Source of the DNA: an uncultured delta proteobacterium
GTDB taxonomy: Bacteria; Desulfobacterota; Binatia; UBA9968
Reading direction: 5' to 3'
Assembly (NCBI GenBank): GCA_963816145.1
Contig: CAWFJP010000029.1
Location: forward strand, 320,001-384,000
Length of the DNA: 64,000 bases
Notes under the pieces: generated by a model
Databases searched by the model: none
Told to the model about the DNA's origin: nothing
Seen by the model: the letters and a program-made list of their open reading frames with translations, nothing else
Position numbers and translations under genes: made by a program
In this document: piece after piece, positions 1-9,948 of the stretch
Layout: each line of letters opens with the position of its first letter
Position numbering within the stretch: position 1 is the stretch's first letter

Positions 1-1748
1 CCTACTTTAATCATTCCGACGAGCGCTCGCAGATCCAGTTTCTAGTGCGGCGGGTTGCCGATATCGAAACTCTGGTCACGAGCAACGACAAAGAAGCGCT
101 GATCCTCGAAAACAATCTGATCAAGCAGTACAAGCCGCGCTACAACATTCGCCTCAAGGACGACAAGAGTTATCTCAGTATCAAAGTCACTACCCAGCAT
201 GCCTGGCCGCGCATCCTGGCGACGCGCAAGATCGTCAAGGACGGCAATCGCTACTTCGGGCCGTTCTCCTCGGCCCTGGCGGCGCGCGAGACCATCGACA
301 TCATCGAGAAACACTTTCAGCTGCGCAACTGCACCGACCACAACTTTCGCAACCGCACCCGGCCCTGCTTGCAGTATCAGATCAAGCGCTGCATGGGGCC
401 TTGCGTGCTGCCGGTGGCTCCGGATGTTTATCGTGAGCAGGTGCGCCAGACCATGCTATTTATCGAAGGGCGTCAGCAAGAGCTGATCGACGAGTTGAAG
501 CAGCGCATGTCGGAAAAGGCCGACGCCCTGGAGTTTGAGGCGGCGGCGCGGATTCGCGACCAGATCCAGGCGGTCGAGAAGACCTTGGAGAAACAGCGCA
601 TGGTGGCGCACTGGGGTAGCGACCAGGATATCTTCGGCCTGTACCGCGAGGGCGGTTTCATCGAAGTCCAGGTTCTGCTGGTGCGCCAGGGCAAGCTGAC
701 CGGGAGCCAGTCCTATTCGTTGGCGGATTTGGAATTTCCCGACGAAGAGATCATGGGTTCTCTGCTGACGCAGTTCTACCAAGGCCAGCGTTTCGTTCCC
801 GACGAGATTCTTTTGCCGGTGGAACTCGATGATGCGGCTGTGCGCGAGGAGTATCTCGCCGAGCATAAGGGCAAGGGCGTCAAGATTCATTGTCCGCAGC
901 GGGGCGATAAGCGCCACCTCGTCGATATGGCCATCGACAATGCCAAGCAAAGTTTTGCCGACCGCCACGATCAAGAGAAGGCGCGCGAGAAGATGCTGCA
1001 CGAGCTGCAAAACTCGCTGCGTTTGAAAAACTACCCTCAGCGCATCGAATGCTTCGATATTTCGATGATCCATGGCGCCCATGCGGTGGGCTCCATGGTG
1101 ACGTTCATCGACGGTGAACCGGACAAAAATCTCTATCGCCACTTTCGCATCAAGACCATCGGCGCCGAGTCCGGCGGCGATGATTTCGGCATGATGCTGG
1201 AGATGCTCAAGCGGCGCTTCAGCCGCGGCAAGGAAGAAGGCGATCTACCGGAGCTGATCGTCGTCGACGGCGGCAAAGGACAGTTAGCGATGGCCATCGC
1301 GGCCATGGTTGAGATCGGCATCGACGGCGTCGAGGCGGTGGGCCTGGCCAAGATGCGCGTTCAAGCGGCGCCGCGCAGCGCCGAGATCGAGCGTTCGGAA
1401 GAGCGCGTGTTCCTGCCGGGGCAGGCCAATCCGGTGATCTTGAGGCGCAACTCCAACGCGCTGTTTCTGCTCCAACGCGTGCGCGACGAAGCCCATCGCT
1501 TCGCCATCACCCATCATCGGAAACTGCGCTCCCAGCAAACGCTTTATTCCGCTCTTGATCGGATTCCCGGCATCGGCGGTGCGCGCAAGCGTGCCTTGCT
1601 GCGCGCCTTCGGTAGCATCAAGCGCATCGAAGCGACAACCTTGGATGAGGTCCTCAAGGTACCGTCGATGAATGAAAAATTGGCGCAGCAAGTGCTCGAT
1701 GCCCTGCGCGGCAAATCGGATTCGGATAACGAGCTGCAAAGAACGTAG
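1..1748 (+). CDS. uvrC: Excinuclease ABC subunit C (5' end outside window)
   Basis: GIY-YIG end (EALILENNLIKQYKPRYNIRLKDDKSY), Cys cluster, UVR domain, RIECFDIS, VDGGKGQL, RDEAHRFA and HhH. The frame is open from position 3. Confidence 0.97.
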   Translation, partial: YFNHSDERSQIQFLVRRVADIETLVTSNDKEALILENNLIKQYKPRYNIRLKDDKSYLSIKVTTQHAWPRILATRKIVKDGNRYFGPFSSALAARETIDIIEKHFQLRNCTDHNFRNRTRPCLQYQIKRCMGPCVLPVAPDVYREQVRQTMLFIEGRQQELIDELKQRMSEKADALEFEAAARIRDQIQAVEKTLEKQRMVAHWGSDQDIFGLYREGGFIEVQVLLVRQGKLTGSQSYSLADLEFPDEEIMGSLLTQFYQGQRFVPDEILLPVELDDAAVREEYLAEHKGKGVKIHCPQRGDKRHLVDMAIDNAKQSFADRHDQEKAREKMLHELQNSLRLKNYPQRIECFDISMIHGAHAVGSMVTFIDGEPDKNLYRHFRIKTIGAESGGDDFGMMLEMLKRRFSRGKEEGDLPELIVVDGGKGQLAMAIAAMVEIGIDGVEAVGLAKMRVQAAPRSAEIERSEERVFLPGQANPVILRRNSNALFLLQRVRDEAHRFAITHHRKLRSQQTLYSALDRIPGIGGARKRALLRAFGSIKRIEATTLDEVLKVPSMNEKLAQQVLDALRGKSDSDNELQRT

Positions 1749-1782
1749 CGAGGCACAGCCGCAATCCGAACTCGGAATATCT

Positions 1783-1919
1783 CTCGCAAAGGCGCCAAGG
1801 CCGCAAAGGTCGAGCGTGTCATTTCGACCGACGGGAGAAATCTTTCTTAGATCTCTCGCATCCACCCGGGATGACGGGCATGAGCCCGTCACTTGACGTC
1901 TTTGCGGCTTTGCGGCAGA
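1783..1919. repeat. Composite palindromic REP/MITE-like element, copy 1
   Basis: CGCAAAG/CTTTGCG outer arms enclose GTCATTTCGACCGACGGGAGAAATCT...GGATGACGG. Near-identical to 6832-6960 (inverted) and 12800-12922. Confidence 0.85.
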
Positions 1920-1997
1920 ACATCCGCAATTCGGTAGTTTTCGACTTAGAGCGGTGTTGCACAATCGGTAGCGCTTCTCATAAAAGAGTAAGCCAAT

Positions 1998-4475
1998 ATG
2001 GCGGACCAAGCGGAAGCAGCTGGATCAGGTTCGGTTGATCTCCATCCATCTGCTTGGCTAATCCTGCCGACGTTGTCTCTGCTGCTCGGCCAAGCGATTG
2101 CCGCGGCTTCCTGGCAGTTGCCCGATAACCATTGGCTAGCGGTGGTGCCGATTTTGCTCCTACCATTCTATCGGCGTTGGCGTCACTGGGTCATCCTCGG
2201 GTTGTTAGTGACCTTGGCTTTTTCCGTCGGCTTTGTCCGCCATCGCGAAATCCTTTTCCCCAATTTCCCGGATCATCATTTGCGCTCGGTCATGCTGCGC
2301 CATGAGCGGGTTTTGATCGAGGGGTGGCTCAATGCCGAGCCGGAGAAACTCATCAATCGTCATCGCTGGTTGATGCGCGCCGAGCGGATTTGGCATCCCA
2401 CCGGCGCGGAGGATATTGTCGGCGATCTGCAACTGAGTCTGCGCTCAACGCGGCGTGTCTGGCGCTACGGCGACCGCGTCCGTTTTTTGCTTCGTCCCAA
2501 CTTGCCGCAGAACAGCGGCAATCCCGGCGGCTTCGAGTACGCCACCTATCTTGCCCAACGGCAGATCTACGTCACCGGATTTCTTGAGAACGACGCCGAG
2601 GTTGAGTTGATCGCGCGGGAGGCGGGGGCGATTCGCGGTGCGATCGAAGATATTCGCCGGGAAATCCGTCGTTATATCGACGCCAACTTCTCTCCGGACA
2701 GCGGCGCTTTGATGAAGGCACTGACGGTTGGCGACATGGGCGGGATCAGCAAGGAGGTTCGCAATGCCTTCACCGCCGCCGGAGTCAATCACGTGCTGTC
2801 GATTTCCGGGCTCCATGTCGCCATGTTGGGCGTGGTGATCTTCGCGGCGCTCCGATACGGCTTGTCGTTTAGCAGCTATTTGCTGCTGCGTTTCAATTTG
2901 CTGAAGGCGGCAACTGTTTTTTCTTTCTTGGCGGTGGTGTTTTACACCGCCCTGGCCGGCGGCATGGTACCGACGGTGCGCTCGGCGATCATGATCGGCG
3001 TCTATCAATTGGCAGTGCTTCTCGACCGGGAAGAGGAAGTCTTTGCCAGCTTGACTCTGGCAGCTTTGTTGATCGCACTGGTCTGGCCGGGCGTGATCGC
3101 CGATATCTCGTTTCAATTGTCCTTTCTCGCCGTGCTGTTTATCACCTGGGGCATGAGCAAACTCTATCGCGGCTTGGCGCGGGAAAAGAGCCAAGAACTA
3201 CCTCAAGAGAAGAGTTGGATCAAAGAAAAGGCGCGCCAGGCGACCTTTCATTTGGCCGTGCCGTTACTGGCGACTCTGGGCACCGGGCCGTTGATCGCGC
3301 ATTATTTCGGAAATCTCTCTCTAGCGGGGTTTGTCACCAATCCGCTGATCGTGCCGTTAGTCGGCTTTGTCGTTGTGCCTATTGGTCTAACCGTCGGTTT
3401 ATTGACTCTCATCGCCAACGAATATGCCGGACCGCTGGCTTGGCTCGGCGACCATCTCTCAAGTTGGACAATTGTCATCGTCGAGTACTTCGGTCGCTTG
3501 CCCATCGCGAGCTTTCGTGTCGTTGCGCCGAACCTGCTTGAGGTCAGCGCGCTTTACGCTGGGCTGTTCGCGTTATTCCTTCTGCGCAAGCGAGGCCATG
3601 TTGCACTCGCGGTTGGGATATTTTCGATTCTGCTCGCTGGCGATGTCTACTATTGGCGCGCCGAGCGGCAGCAAACCAATCGATTGCGCATTACCCACTT
3701 GAACGTCGGTCAGGGCGATGCCGCGGTGGTCGAATTGCCTGGCGGTAAAATTTTGGTGATCGATGCCGGTGGCGCAGCGGTGGGGGACTTCGATACCGGT
3801 GAAAGCATCGTCGCGCCTTATTTGAGATCGCGGAAGATTCGCAAAATCGATTATCTGCTGGTTAGCCATGCGCGTATCGATCATTACGGCGGTATGCGCG
3901 CGCTGACCCAGGAGTTTTCTCCCGACGAGTTTTGGTCCGGCTTTGCCAAGGGCGGAACCCAGCGGTTCGAGGACCTTGAAGAAGCCTTGGATCAACTGAA
4001 GATTGCGCGCCTGGCATTATCCGCGTCAACGCCATGCCGGGAGTTCGATTCAGTGCGAGTTTGCGTGCTTTTCGGAGGCGATGGCAACACCGTCGAGAGT
4101 TCGGTGGTCGTGCGCCTGGATTACGATAAGGCGTCGTTTCTGTTCGCCAGCGATATCGATAAGCGCGAGGAGTTGCAGCTGGCGCAGCGTTCAAATGGAC
4201 TGACCAGCACTGTACTGAAGATTCCGCGCCACGGCAGTGCGACCGCCAGTTCGCCGGAATTTATCTTGGCGGTGAAGCCAAAAATCGCGATTCTCTCAGC
4301 TGGGGCGAGAAGCCGCGCCGAGGCGAAACGCGATGAGGTGGTCGAGCGTTATCGAGAAGCCGGTGTCGAAGTGCTGCGCACCTACGAGGACGGTGCGATC
4401 ATTTTGGAGACCGATGGTGCGACGATTCGCTATAGCGGTTTCAAAAGCGGCAAGGCGGGTGAATTGGTCTTGTAG
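1998..4475 (+). CDS. comEC: DNA internalization competence protein ComEC/Rec2
   Basis: NPGGFEY, HVLSISGLHV, SFQLSF, then a beta-lactamase-like domain beginning NVGQGDA. Confidence 0.95.
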   Translation: MADQAEAAGSGSVDLHPSAWLILPTLSLLLGQAIAAASWQLPDNHWLAVVPILLLPFYRRWRHWVILGLLVTLAFSVGFVRHREILFPNFPDHHLRSVMLRHERVLIEGWLNAEPEKLINRHRWLMRAERIWHPTGAEDIVGDLQLSLRSTRRVWRYGDRVRFLLRPNLPQNSGNPGGFEYATYLAQRQIYVTGFLENDAEVELIAREAGAIRGAIEDIRREIRRYIDANFSPDSGALMKALTVGDMGGISKEVRNAFTAAGVNHVLSISGLHVAMLGVVIFAALRYGLSFSSYLLLRFNLLKAATVFSFLAVVFYTALAGGMVPTVRSAIMIGVYQLAVLLDREEEVFASLTLAALLIALVWPGVIADISFQLSFLAVLFITWGMSKLYRGLAREKSQELPQEKSWIKEKARQATFHLAVPLLATLGTGPLIAHYFGNLSLAGFVTNPLIVPLVGFVVVPIGLTVGLLTLIANEYAGPLAWLGDHLSSWTIVIVEYFGRLPIASFRVVAPNLLEVSALYAGLFALFLLRKRGHVALAVGIFSILLAGDVYYWRAERQQTNRLRITHLNVGQGDAAVVELPGGKILVIDAGGAAVGDFDTGESIVAPYLRSRKIRKIDYLLVSHARIDHYGGMRALTQEFSPDEFWSGFAKGGTQRFEDLEEALDQLKIARLALSASTPCREFDSVRVCVLFGGDGNTVESSVVVRLDYDKASFLFASDIDKREELQLAQRSNGLTSTVLKIPRHGSATASSPEFILAVKPKIAILSAGARSRAEAKRDEVVERYREAGVEVLRTYEDGAIILETDGATIRYSGFKSGKAGELVL

Positions 4476-4496
4476 TCGCCTGAGGTAAGAGAAAAT

Positions 4497-4576
4497 TTAC
4501 CACGAAGCCACGAAGAGCACGAAGTTCCGAATTCTATTGTCCGAGACCTTCGTGTCCTTCGTGCCTTCGTGGTGAA
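4497..4576. repeat. Palindromic repeat of CACGAAG units between convergent genes
   Basis: ACCACGAAG-CCACGAAG-AGCACGAAG ... CTTCGTG x3 -GT forms a long hairpin. Confidence 0.8.
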
Positions 4577-4583
4577 AAATTAT

Positions 4584-5522
4584 CTACAGTGCTTTGAGTT
4601 CGCCGATATAATCCTTGAAGCCGTTGACGATGTCGTACTCCGGAGTCCAGCCAAGCACCTGTTTGGCCTTCTCGATCACCATCGGCTGTTTCGCCGAGCG
4701 GGGTTTAACTCCGGGGATGATTTCCACCTGTAAATTTGGCAGCAGTTTTTCGGCGGTCGAGACCAGATCGTCGAAGGGGATGACCACGCCGGTGCCGATG
4801 TTGAGCGTCACCGGTTCCTTCAGCGGCGTGGTGACCGCCTTGTCCAAGGCGCGGCCGAGATCTTTGTAATAAACATATTCGAAATCCCGGGCGACCTCCT
4901 GGGCGATCTTAACGACGCCGCCCTTGATGCCGGTCTGCAACATGTTTTGGACCATCTCGCCGCCGCCGGAGCCGCCGGCAAAGTGGCCGACGCCGTAGAC
5001 ATTGGCGAGCCGCAAAACGATCAACTCAAAGCCGAACATGCGCTGGTAGGCCTCGACCATGAGTTCCTTGGCGACTTTGGAGTTGCCGTAAGCTTCGCCG
5101 GGACCGCGGCGAAAACCTTCGTCGATCGGATTGGGCTCGCCTTGGCGGCGGTCGTAGACGCCAAAGGTGCTGATTTGCACCAAACGCTTGACGCCGGTGA
5201 GACGCACCGCTTCGGCGACGTTGATCGTGCCCATGACGTTGATCTGCATCCCCGCATAGATCGGGTTGCCGACTTTTCCTCCGATCAGTCCTGCCGTGTG
5301 GATGACCGTTTCGCATTTATGTTTCTGGATGGTTTCGATGAGCGACGGCAGATCGCGCACATCTCGCTGGACCACGGTAACGTTGGCGGCACCGAGTTTA
5401 TGCGCCAAGAAATCCTTGCGCGGGGCGACATCGTAAAAGACCACGTTGTCGCCGCGTTTGATCGCATGTTGCGCGAAAGATGTGCCGACCAGACCTAGGC
5501 CTGTAATGAGTGTCGATGCCAT
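4584..5522 (-). CDS. NAD-dependent epimerase/dehydratase (extended SDR)
   Basis: LITGLGLVG Rossmann motif, YGNSK catalytic motif, LRLANVYG. Confidence 0.9.
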   Translation of the reverse strand: MASTLITGLGLVGTSFAQHAIKRGDNVVFYDVAPRKDFLAHKLGAANVTVVQRDVRDLPSLIETIQKHKCETVIHTAGLIGGKVGNPIYAGMQINVMGTINVAEAVRLTGVKRLVQISTFGVYDRRQGEPNPIDEGFRRGPGEAYGNSKVAKELMVEAYQRMFGFELIVLRLANVYGVGHFAGGSGGGEMVQNMLQTGIKGGVVKIAQEVARDFEYVYYKDLGRALDKAVTTPLKEPVTLNIGTGVVIPFDDLVSTAEKLLPNLQVEIIPGVKPRSAKQPMVIEKAKQVLGWTPEYDIVNGFKDYIGELKAL

Positions 5523-5688
5523 AAGAACTCCTTTTTGTGGGTTGATTTAGTTCCTATTGCAACGGCGGCGAAATGTCTAGCGGTTATTGAGGCCGATTCC
5601 ATTCGTTTGCTTGTCATCCATTGCAAAGCGCGTTTGTGGCGGTGTATATCGCAGGAAGATTAGTTGTGACATGGGGAGGAAAAGGAAC

Positions 5689-6786
5689 ATGCAAGGAGTA
5701 GTCGATGCCGATACTCATATCGCCGAGCCGGAGGCGATGTGGCAATTGATTGACGAGGAGATGGCGCCGCGCCGGCCGGTGTTGGTGGACTTGCCGGAAG
5801 ACACTTGGTTTGGCGATCGCAACGCTCTGTGGCTGATCGATGGACAGATTTTCCCCAAGCCGGCAGGCAAGGGCAGTTATCGGCTGGTGACGCCGTCGGC
5901 GCAGAAGGCGGAAAAAGTCCGCGGCGATATCGCCATCGCCAGCCGTGAAGTCGCCAACGTCGAGGCCCGCGTGAAAGATATGGACCGTCTCGGCGTGTCG
6001 GTGCAGGTGATCTATCCGACGCTGTTTTTGGTTTACATCACTGACGATCCGGAACTCGATACCGCCCTGGCCAAAGCCTACAATTCATGGCTTGGCAATG
6101 CTTGCGCCAAGTCCAATGGCCGGCTCAAGTTTGTCGCGGTGTTGCCGCTGCGCTCGATCTCGGAATCGCTCAAGGAGATGAAGCGAGCCAAGGATCTCGG
6201 CGCGGTGGGAATCTTCTTTCGCGGCATCGAGGGTGACAAGACTCTCGATCATCCCTATTTTCATCCGGTCTACGAGCAAGCGGCCAAGCTGGGCTTGCCG
6301 ATCAGTATTCATACCGGTTCCGGCGCGCCCTGGATGTTGCCGTACTTCGAGCATGCGCGGAACCACACCTTTGCCCATGGGCGGGCGCTGCCGATCTTCG
6401 CTTTCCGGGATTTGCTCGCCAATCGCATTCCCGAGAAATTTCCCGGGCTGCGTTTCGGCTTCATCGAAGCGTCGGCGGGCTGGGCGCCGTTCATGATTCA
6501 CATTCTGCGTCGCCTGTTCAAAGACCGGCCGCAATACCAGAACAGCGCCGAGCTGTTTCGGGCATCCAACATTTTCATTGCCGCCGAGGCCGACGAAGAC
6601 ATTCCCTACCTCGCCAAATGGATCGGCGAAGATAACATTGTCATCGGTTCCGACTACGGCCACAACGATCCGTCGGCGGAAGAGAAGTTGGTCGAGAGCC
6701 TGCAGAAACGGGAAGACATTCCGGAGCCGTTCGCGAAAAAGATTCTCTGCGACAATCCGCGCCGGTTGTACGGCTTGGATGCGTAA
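5689..6786 (+). CDS. Amidohydrolase_2 family protein
   Basis: VDADTH, IHTG, FIEAS and GSDYGH motifs. ATG 5689 follows an AGGA RBS. Confidence 0.9.
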   Translation: MQGVVDADTHIAEPEAMWQLIDEEMAPRRPVLVDLPEDTWFGDRNALWLIDGQIFPKPAGKGSYRLVTPSAQKAEKVRGDIAIASREVANVEARVKDMDRLGVSVQVIYPTLFLVYITDDPELDTALAKAYNSWLGNACAKSNGRLKFVAVLPLRSISESLKEMKRAKDLGAVGIFFRGIEGDKTLDHPYFHPVYEQAAKLGLPISIHTGSGAPWMLPYFEHARNHTFAHGRALPIFAFRDLLANRIPEKFPGLRFGFIEASAGWAPFMIHILRRLFKDRPQYQNSAELFRASNIFIAAEADEDIPYLAKWIGEDNIVIGSDYGHNDPSAEEKLVESLQKREDIPEPFAKKILCDNPRRLYGLDA

Positions 6787-6831
6787 AGAAAGGATCGAGC
6801 GTTCGAGGCGATTTTAGAGACTCGGATATTA

Positions 6832-6960
6832 CTCCCGCCAAGACGCAAAGCGCCAAGTGACGGGCTCATGCCGGTCATCCCGAGTGGATGCGAGGGACCT
6901 AAGAAAGATTCCTCCCGTCGGCCGAAATGACATGCTCCGACCTCTGCGCTTTTGCGGGAG
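6832..6960. repeat. Composite palindromic REP/MITE-like element, copy 2 (inverted)
   Basis: Reverse complement of the 1783-1919 core. Confidence 0.85.
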
Positions 6961-7028
6961 ATCTTCCGGAATTCGCTTGCGGCCCTGCCGGTGCAATGGA
7001 TCACGAATGGCTTGAACTCTCTGGAGTT

Positions 7029-7736
7029 ATGAAGGACCTCGAAAACTTCGTCCAAGATGTCGCGGTGCATTTCAACGCGAATCTCGGCTCCGCCCTGGTC
7101 GAGGCGTATAAGCTCGGCAGTCTAGCCCACGGCGGCTTCAGCGACATCTACAGCGATATTGATGTCGGCTTGCTTCTCAGTTGCCGCGAACCGCCGCCGC
7201 GGATGAGCGAGCTGATCGCCGGCGCGAAGGCGCTGCACCCGGAATACGGCAAAAAACTCTCGATATTTTGGGGCAATCCTGATTTTGACTGGGGGCGTTT
7301 GCCGGTGATCGATCGCCTGGATTTGCTCGATCATGGCGTGGCGCTGCTGCACGGCATCAAGCCCCCTTTGCGGCGGCCGAGCAAGCAGGAGATTCACCAC
7401 GAGCAACTTCAGAGCATCGAGCGGAGTTGGAAACCTAGATTGCCGGAGCTGAATCTACTGACGAGTCTTGAACCAAAAGACCGCAAACCCTACATCCGCG
7501 CGATCCTCTACGCCGCGCGCTTGATTTATACCTGGGATAATCTGGTCGTCGGTTCCAATGACAGTGCCGTCGAATATTTGCACCAGGTGAGGCCCGAGGG
7601 GCTCGATCTCAAAGCGATCGACATGGCGCTCATGTGCCGCAAGGGAGAGTGTAGTGCCGAAGATGTGATGCGCTTGGGCAGCGATCTCAATCGGCACTGT
7701 GACAGCGCGATGTCCTATGTCTTGGGACGGCCCTAG
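7029..7736 (+). CDS. Pol-beta superfamily nucleotidyltransferase, distant AadA/ANT-like
   Basis: GSLAHGGFSDIYSDIDV fits GS...DxD. Helical C-terminal domain. GGAG RBS before ATG 7029. Confidence 0.75.
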   Translation: MKDLENFVQDVAVHFNANLGSALVEAYKLGSLAHGGFSDIYSDIDVGLLLSCREPPPRMSELIAGAKALHPEYGKKLSIFWGNPDFDWGRLPVIDRLDLLDHGVALLHGIKPPLRRPSKQEIHHEQLQSIERSWKPRLPELNLLTSLEPKDRKPYIRAILYAARLIYTWDNLVVGSNDSAVEYLHQVRPEGLDLKAIDMALMCRKGECSAEDVMRLGSDLNRHCDSAMSYVLGRP

Positions 7737-7799
7737 TCTGATCCGGTTGGAAAGATGTGACTGAGTTACCCTCAACTTTGCGCTGACGGGGTGTGAATT

Positions 7800-7915
7800 C
7801 GTCAATCCAGGTTTTGGGACTTGACGCGGATTCGAATCTGGATGCCGGCCTTCGCCGGCATGACAAATCTTCTCTTTGCCTGAAGCCTGCCCTGAGCAAG
7901 ATCGAATGGGCGAGG
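7800..7915. repeat. CGTC-type REP palindrome plus CCTGAGC..TCGAA.GGG repeat
   Basis: CTGGATGCCGGCCTTCGCCGGCATGAC, similar to 9018-9102. Confidence 0.7.
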
Positions 7916-7940
7916 GATTTGATCCACCTCGAGAGAGACA

Positions 7941-8291
7941 CTAACTCGCGAGTCTTTGTTTCGATTCTCCGCAACGTTTTTCGTTTTTCCATTTCAGCAG
8001 CCCTTTGCGGACATAGCAGGCGTTTAGCCGTAGATAGTCGCAAAGACTTTCGAAGGAGAACTCCGAGCTTGAGTCAGTTTCAAAAAACCACTCTTCGGCT
8101 TGTTGGAACAATTCCTGGCCTTTCTTGTCCTTCGCCAAGACGTATTTCTGAAAGTCCTCGATGGCACTCTCCAGCATGGCGTAGAGCAGCCGCTCCTCGC
8201 CCTCGCGGATGCTTTTGCGCGAGAGCTGTTCGATAATGCCCTCATCGGTGGGTTCGAGTATGCTGGATAGCGCTGCCTTCATTCGGTTCAT
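7941..8291 (-). CDS. Conserved-looking helical hypothetical protein
   Basis: 116 aa, GAAGGG RBS. Pattern ERLLYAMLESAI...AEEWFF...FSFESLCDYLRL looks protein-like. Confidence 0.7.
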   Translation of the reverse strand: MNRMKAALSSILEPTDEGIIEQLSRKSIREGEERLLYAMLESAIEDFQKYVLAKDKKGQELFQQAEEWFFETDSSSEFSFESLCDYLRLNACYVRKGLLKWKNEKRCGESKQRLAS

Positions 8292-8699
8292 CCCTTCGGT
8301 TAATGATCCATTGCTTTATGACTAACTTGCCGGCCTAGAAGGTGACAACGCAATCGGTGAGCCAGTAGCCTCTTTGTGAAAGCGTTGCAGTCGAGGTAAT
8401 CATCGGGCAAGTGGCGTAAGAGCGTGGCTGGGTGGAGTTGCCCGACGGCACGGGGCCGGGTGGTCGACCGGGCCGGCCCAAGGTGCTGGAAGTGGGTTCG
8501 GATCCTCTGGCAAAGCGATCGGCCATCTGGCGCAGAATCTAGTGCTGGGGACCGTCACGCCGCTGAGCTATGGCTGCCACGATGCGATTTGGCACCGCAC
8601 CGCGACGGTGGATTTGCCGGCCGCGGAACAGGTTGTCATGGCTAATTCAACCGAACGGCGCCCTTGAGAATCGTTCGCTGAAGTGAGATATAGCCGACC

Positions 8700-8918
8700 A
8701 TGGCCAACCTGTATCACAACGACCGGCTGATTATCGCCTACGCGTCGATGAATCAAAGCACCAAGGATTGGAGCGCGGGAGCAGAGATTACCTGGAAACG
8801 TGATGGCGAGCGTTTTAGCCACACCGTCGGCGGCTTGGGCGATCGCTTCAAGTCCAGCGAGGATGCCGAGCGGTTTGTCATCAACCTCGCCAAAGCCTGG
8901 ATCGACTCCAATCCCTGA
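8700..8918 (+). CDS. Small hypothetical protein (72 aa)
   Basis: Typical codon usage, predicted beta-beta-beta-alpha pattern, ends AKAWID. Confidence 0.65.
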   Translation: MANLYHNDRLIIAYASMNQSTKDWSAGAEITWKRDGERFSHTVGGLGDRFKSSEDAERFVINLAKAWIDSNP

Positions 8919-8971
8919 CGCCTGTCTAGAGAATCAATTAGCGTTTCTCTCGGGGATGGTTGAAATCCCGC

Positions 8972-9305
8972 GCCCCTTCGAAACACCTCTGGGCCGACTT
9001 CAGGCGAGGAGAAGGTTTGTCATGCCGGCGCAGGCCGGCATCCATTTTTGCGCGCAATGCAAGGCCATAGAAAACCTGGATTCCGGCCTCCGCCGGAATG
9101 ACCAAAGTCAAATATCCAGCAATAAGCTATGGGCATTATATCGATGTTGTGAGATTGCTTCTAATCGTCACACTCGAATGTGTCTATCGGAGGCCAGTTC
9201 CGGACTTGTCTGGATTCCCGCTAACGACATGCGGGAATGACGGAGTTGGAAACGGGAATGCGTGCAACGCAGCAAGCTGCGGGAAATCGACCCGCAGGGA
9301 TTCCA
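8972..9305. repeat. Cluster of REP-like palindromes
   Basis: GTCATGCCGGCGCAGGCCGGCATCC...GGATTCCGGCCTCCGCCGGAATGAC (9019-9102), GGATTCCCGC..GCGGGAATGACG (about 9212-9242) and CGCAGCAAGCTGCG. Confidence 0.8.
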
Positions 9306-9308
9306 GTT

Positions 9309-9740
9309 CTACCGCGGGTGTTTCGCCGTGCCGGCCCAGCCGGTTTCAGAGATGTCGATGATGACACCGTCCGGGGCGCTGTATTTGACCTCTGCGTTGA
9401 CATGGGACGCCAGGTTGCGGCCCAAACCTAATGCTTGATTGATGTCGTCGCGAATCGGCGCCCCGGCGTCGGTGAGTTTCTTGTCGATGGTTTCGATGCT
9501 ATCGACCTCGAAGCCGATATGGTGCAGGCCGCTATATTCTTTGCCCTGCGGTACGCCCGCGGTTTGGTCGTTTTTGAATTTCAGCACGGCAAAGTTGATG
9601 TCGCCGTCGGTCAAATGAAAGCCGGTGGCGCCAGGACTGTTGATCTTGGCGATTTCCCTGAGGCCGAATACTTCTTTGTAGAACTGCGCGGTCTTTGCCG
9701 GATCTTGGGTGGCGATTGCGATATGTTTGATCTTTGCCAT
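9309..9740 (-). CDS. VOC/glyoxalase family protein
   Basis: IKHIAI, FYKEVFGL, GLHHIGFEV, PDGVIIDI. Confidence 0.9.
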   Translation of the reverse strand: MAKIKHIAIATQDPAKTAQFYKEVFGLREIAKINSPGATGFHLTDGDINFAVLKFKNDQTAGVPQGKEYSGLHHIGFEVDSIETIDKKLTDAGAPIRDDINQALGLGRNLASHVNAEVKYSAPDGVIIDISETGWAGTAKHPR

Positions 9741-9948
9741 GGGGCCCCCTTTGCCGATCAATTTACTTGATCTCTACAATAGCTCGTATGCCGCCGCAAG
9801 GTTAGCCCCACGTTGGCGCAAAGGACCTGTCGCCTGCCGCATTGGAAAAGCTTCATTAAAGCAGGCAATATAGGCGAAGTTATAGAACAGACTTCGATTA
9901 GGCGGTGCGCCGACTTTGGAAGTGCGCAGGCGCGAAAGGTAAGACGCG

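Noticed and set aside
6927-7028. N-terminal extension of the nucleotidyltransferase in the ORF track
   Set aside because: It begins inside the composite repeat, and ATG 7029 has the RBS and marks the domain start.
9760-9948. SAM riboswitch or thr attenuator before thrC-metB
   Set aside because: No recognisable aptamer, Thr-rich leader peptide or terminator. The thrC-metB spacer is REP sequence.
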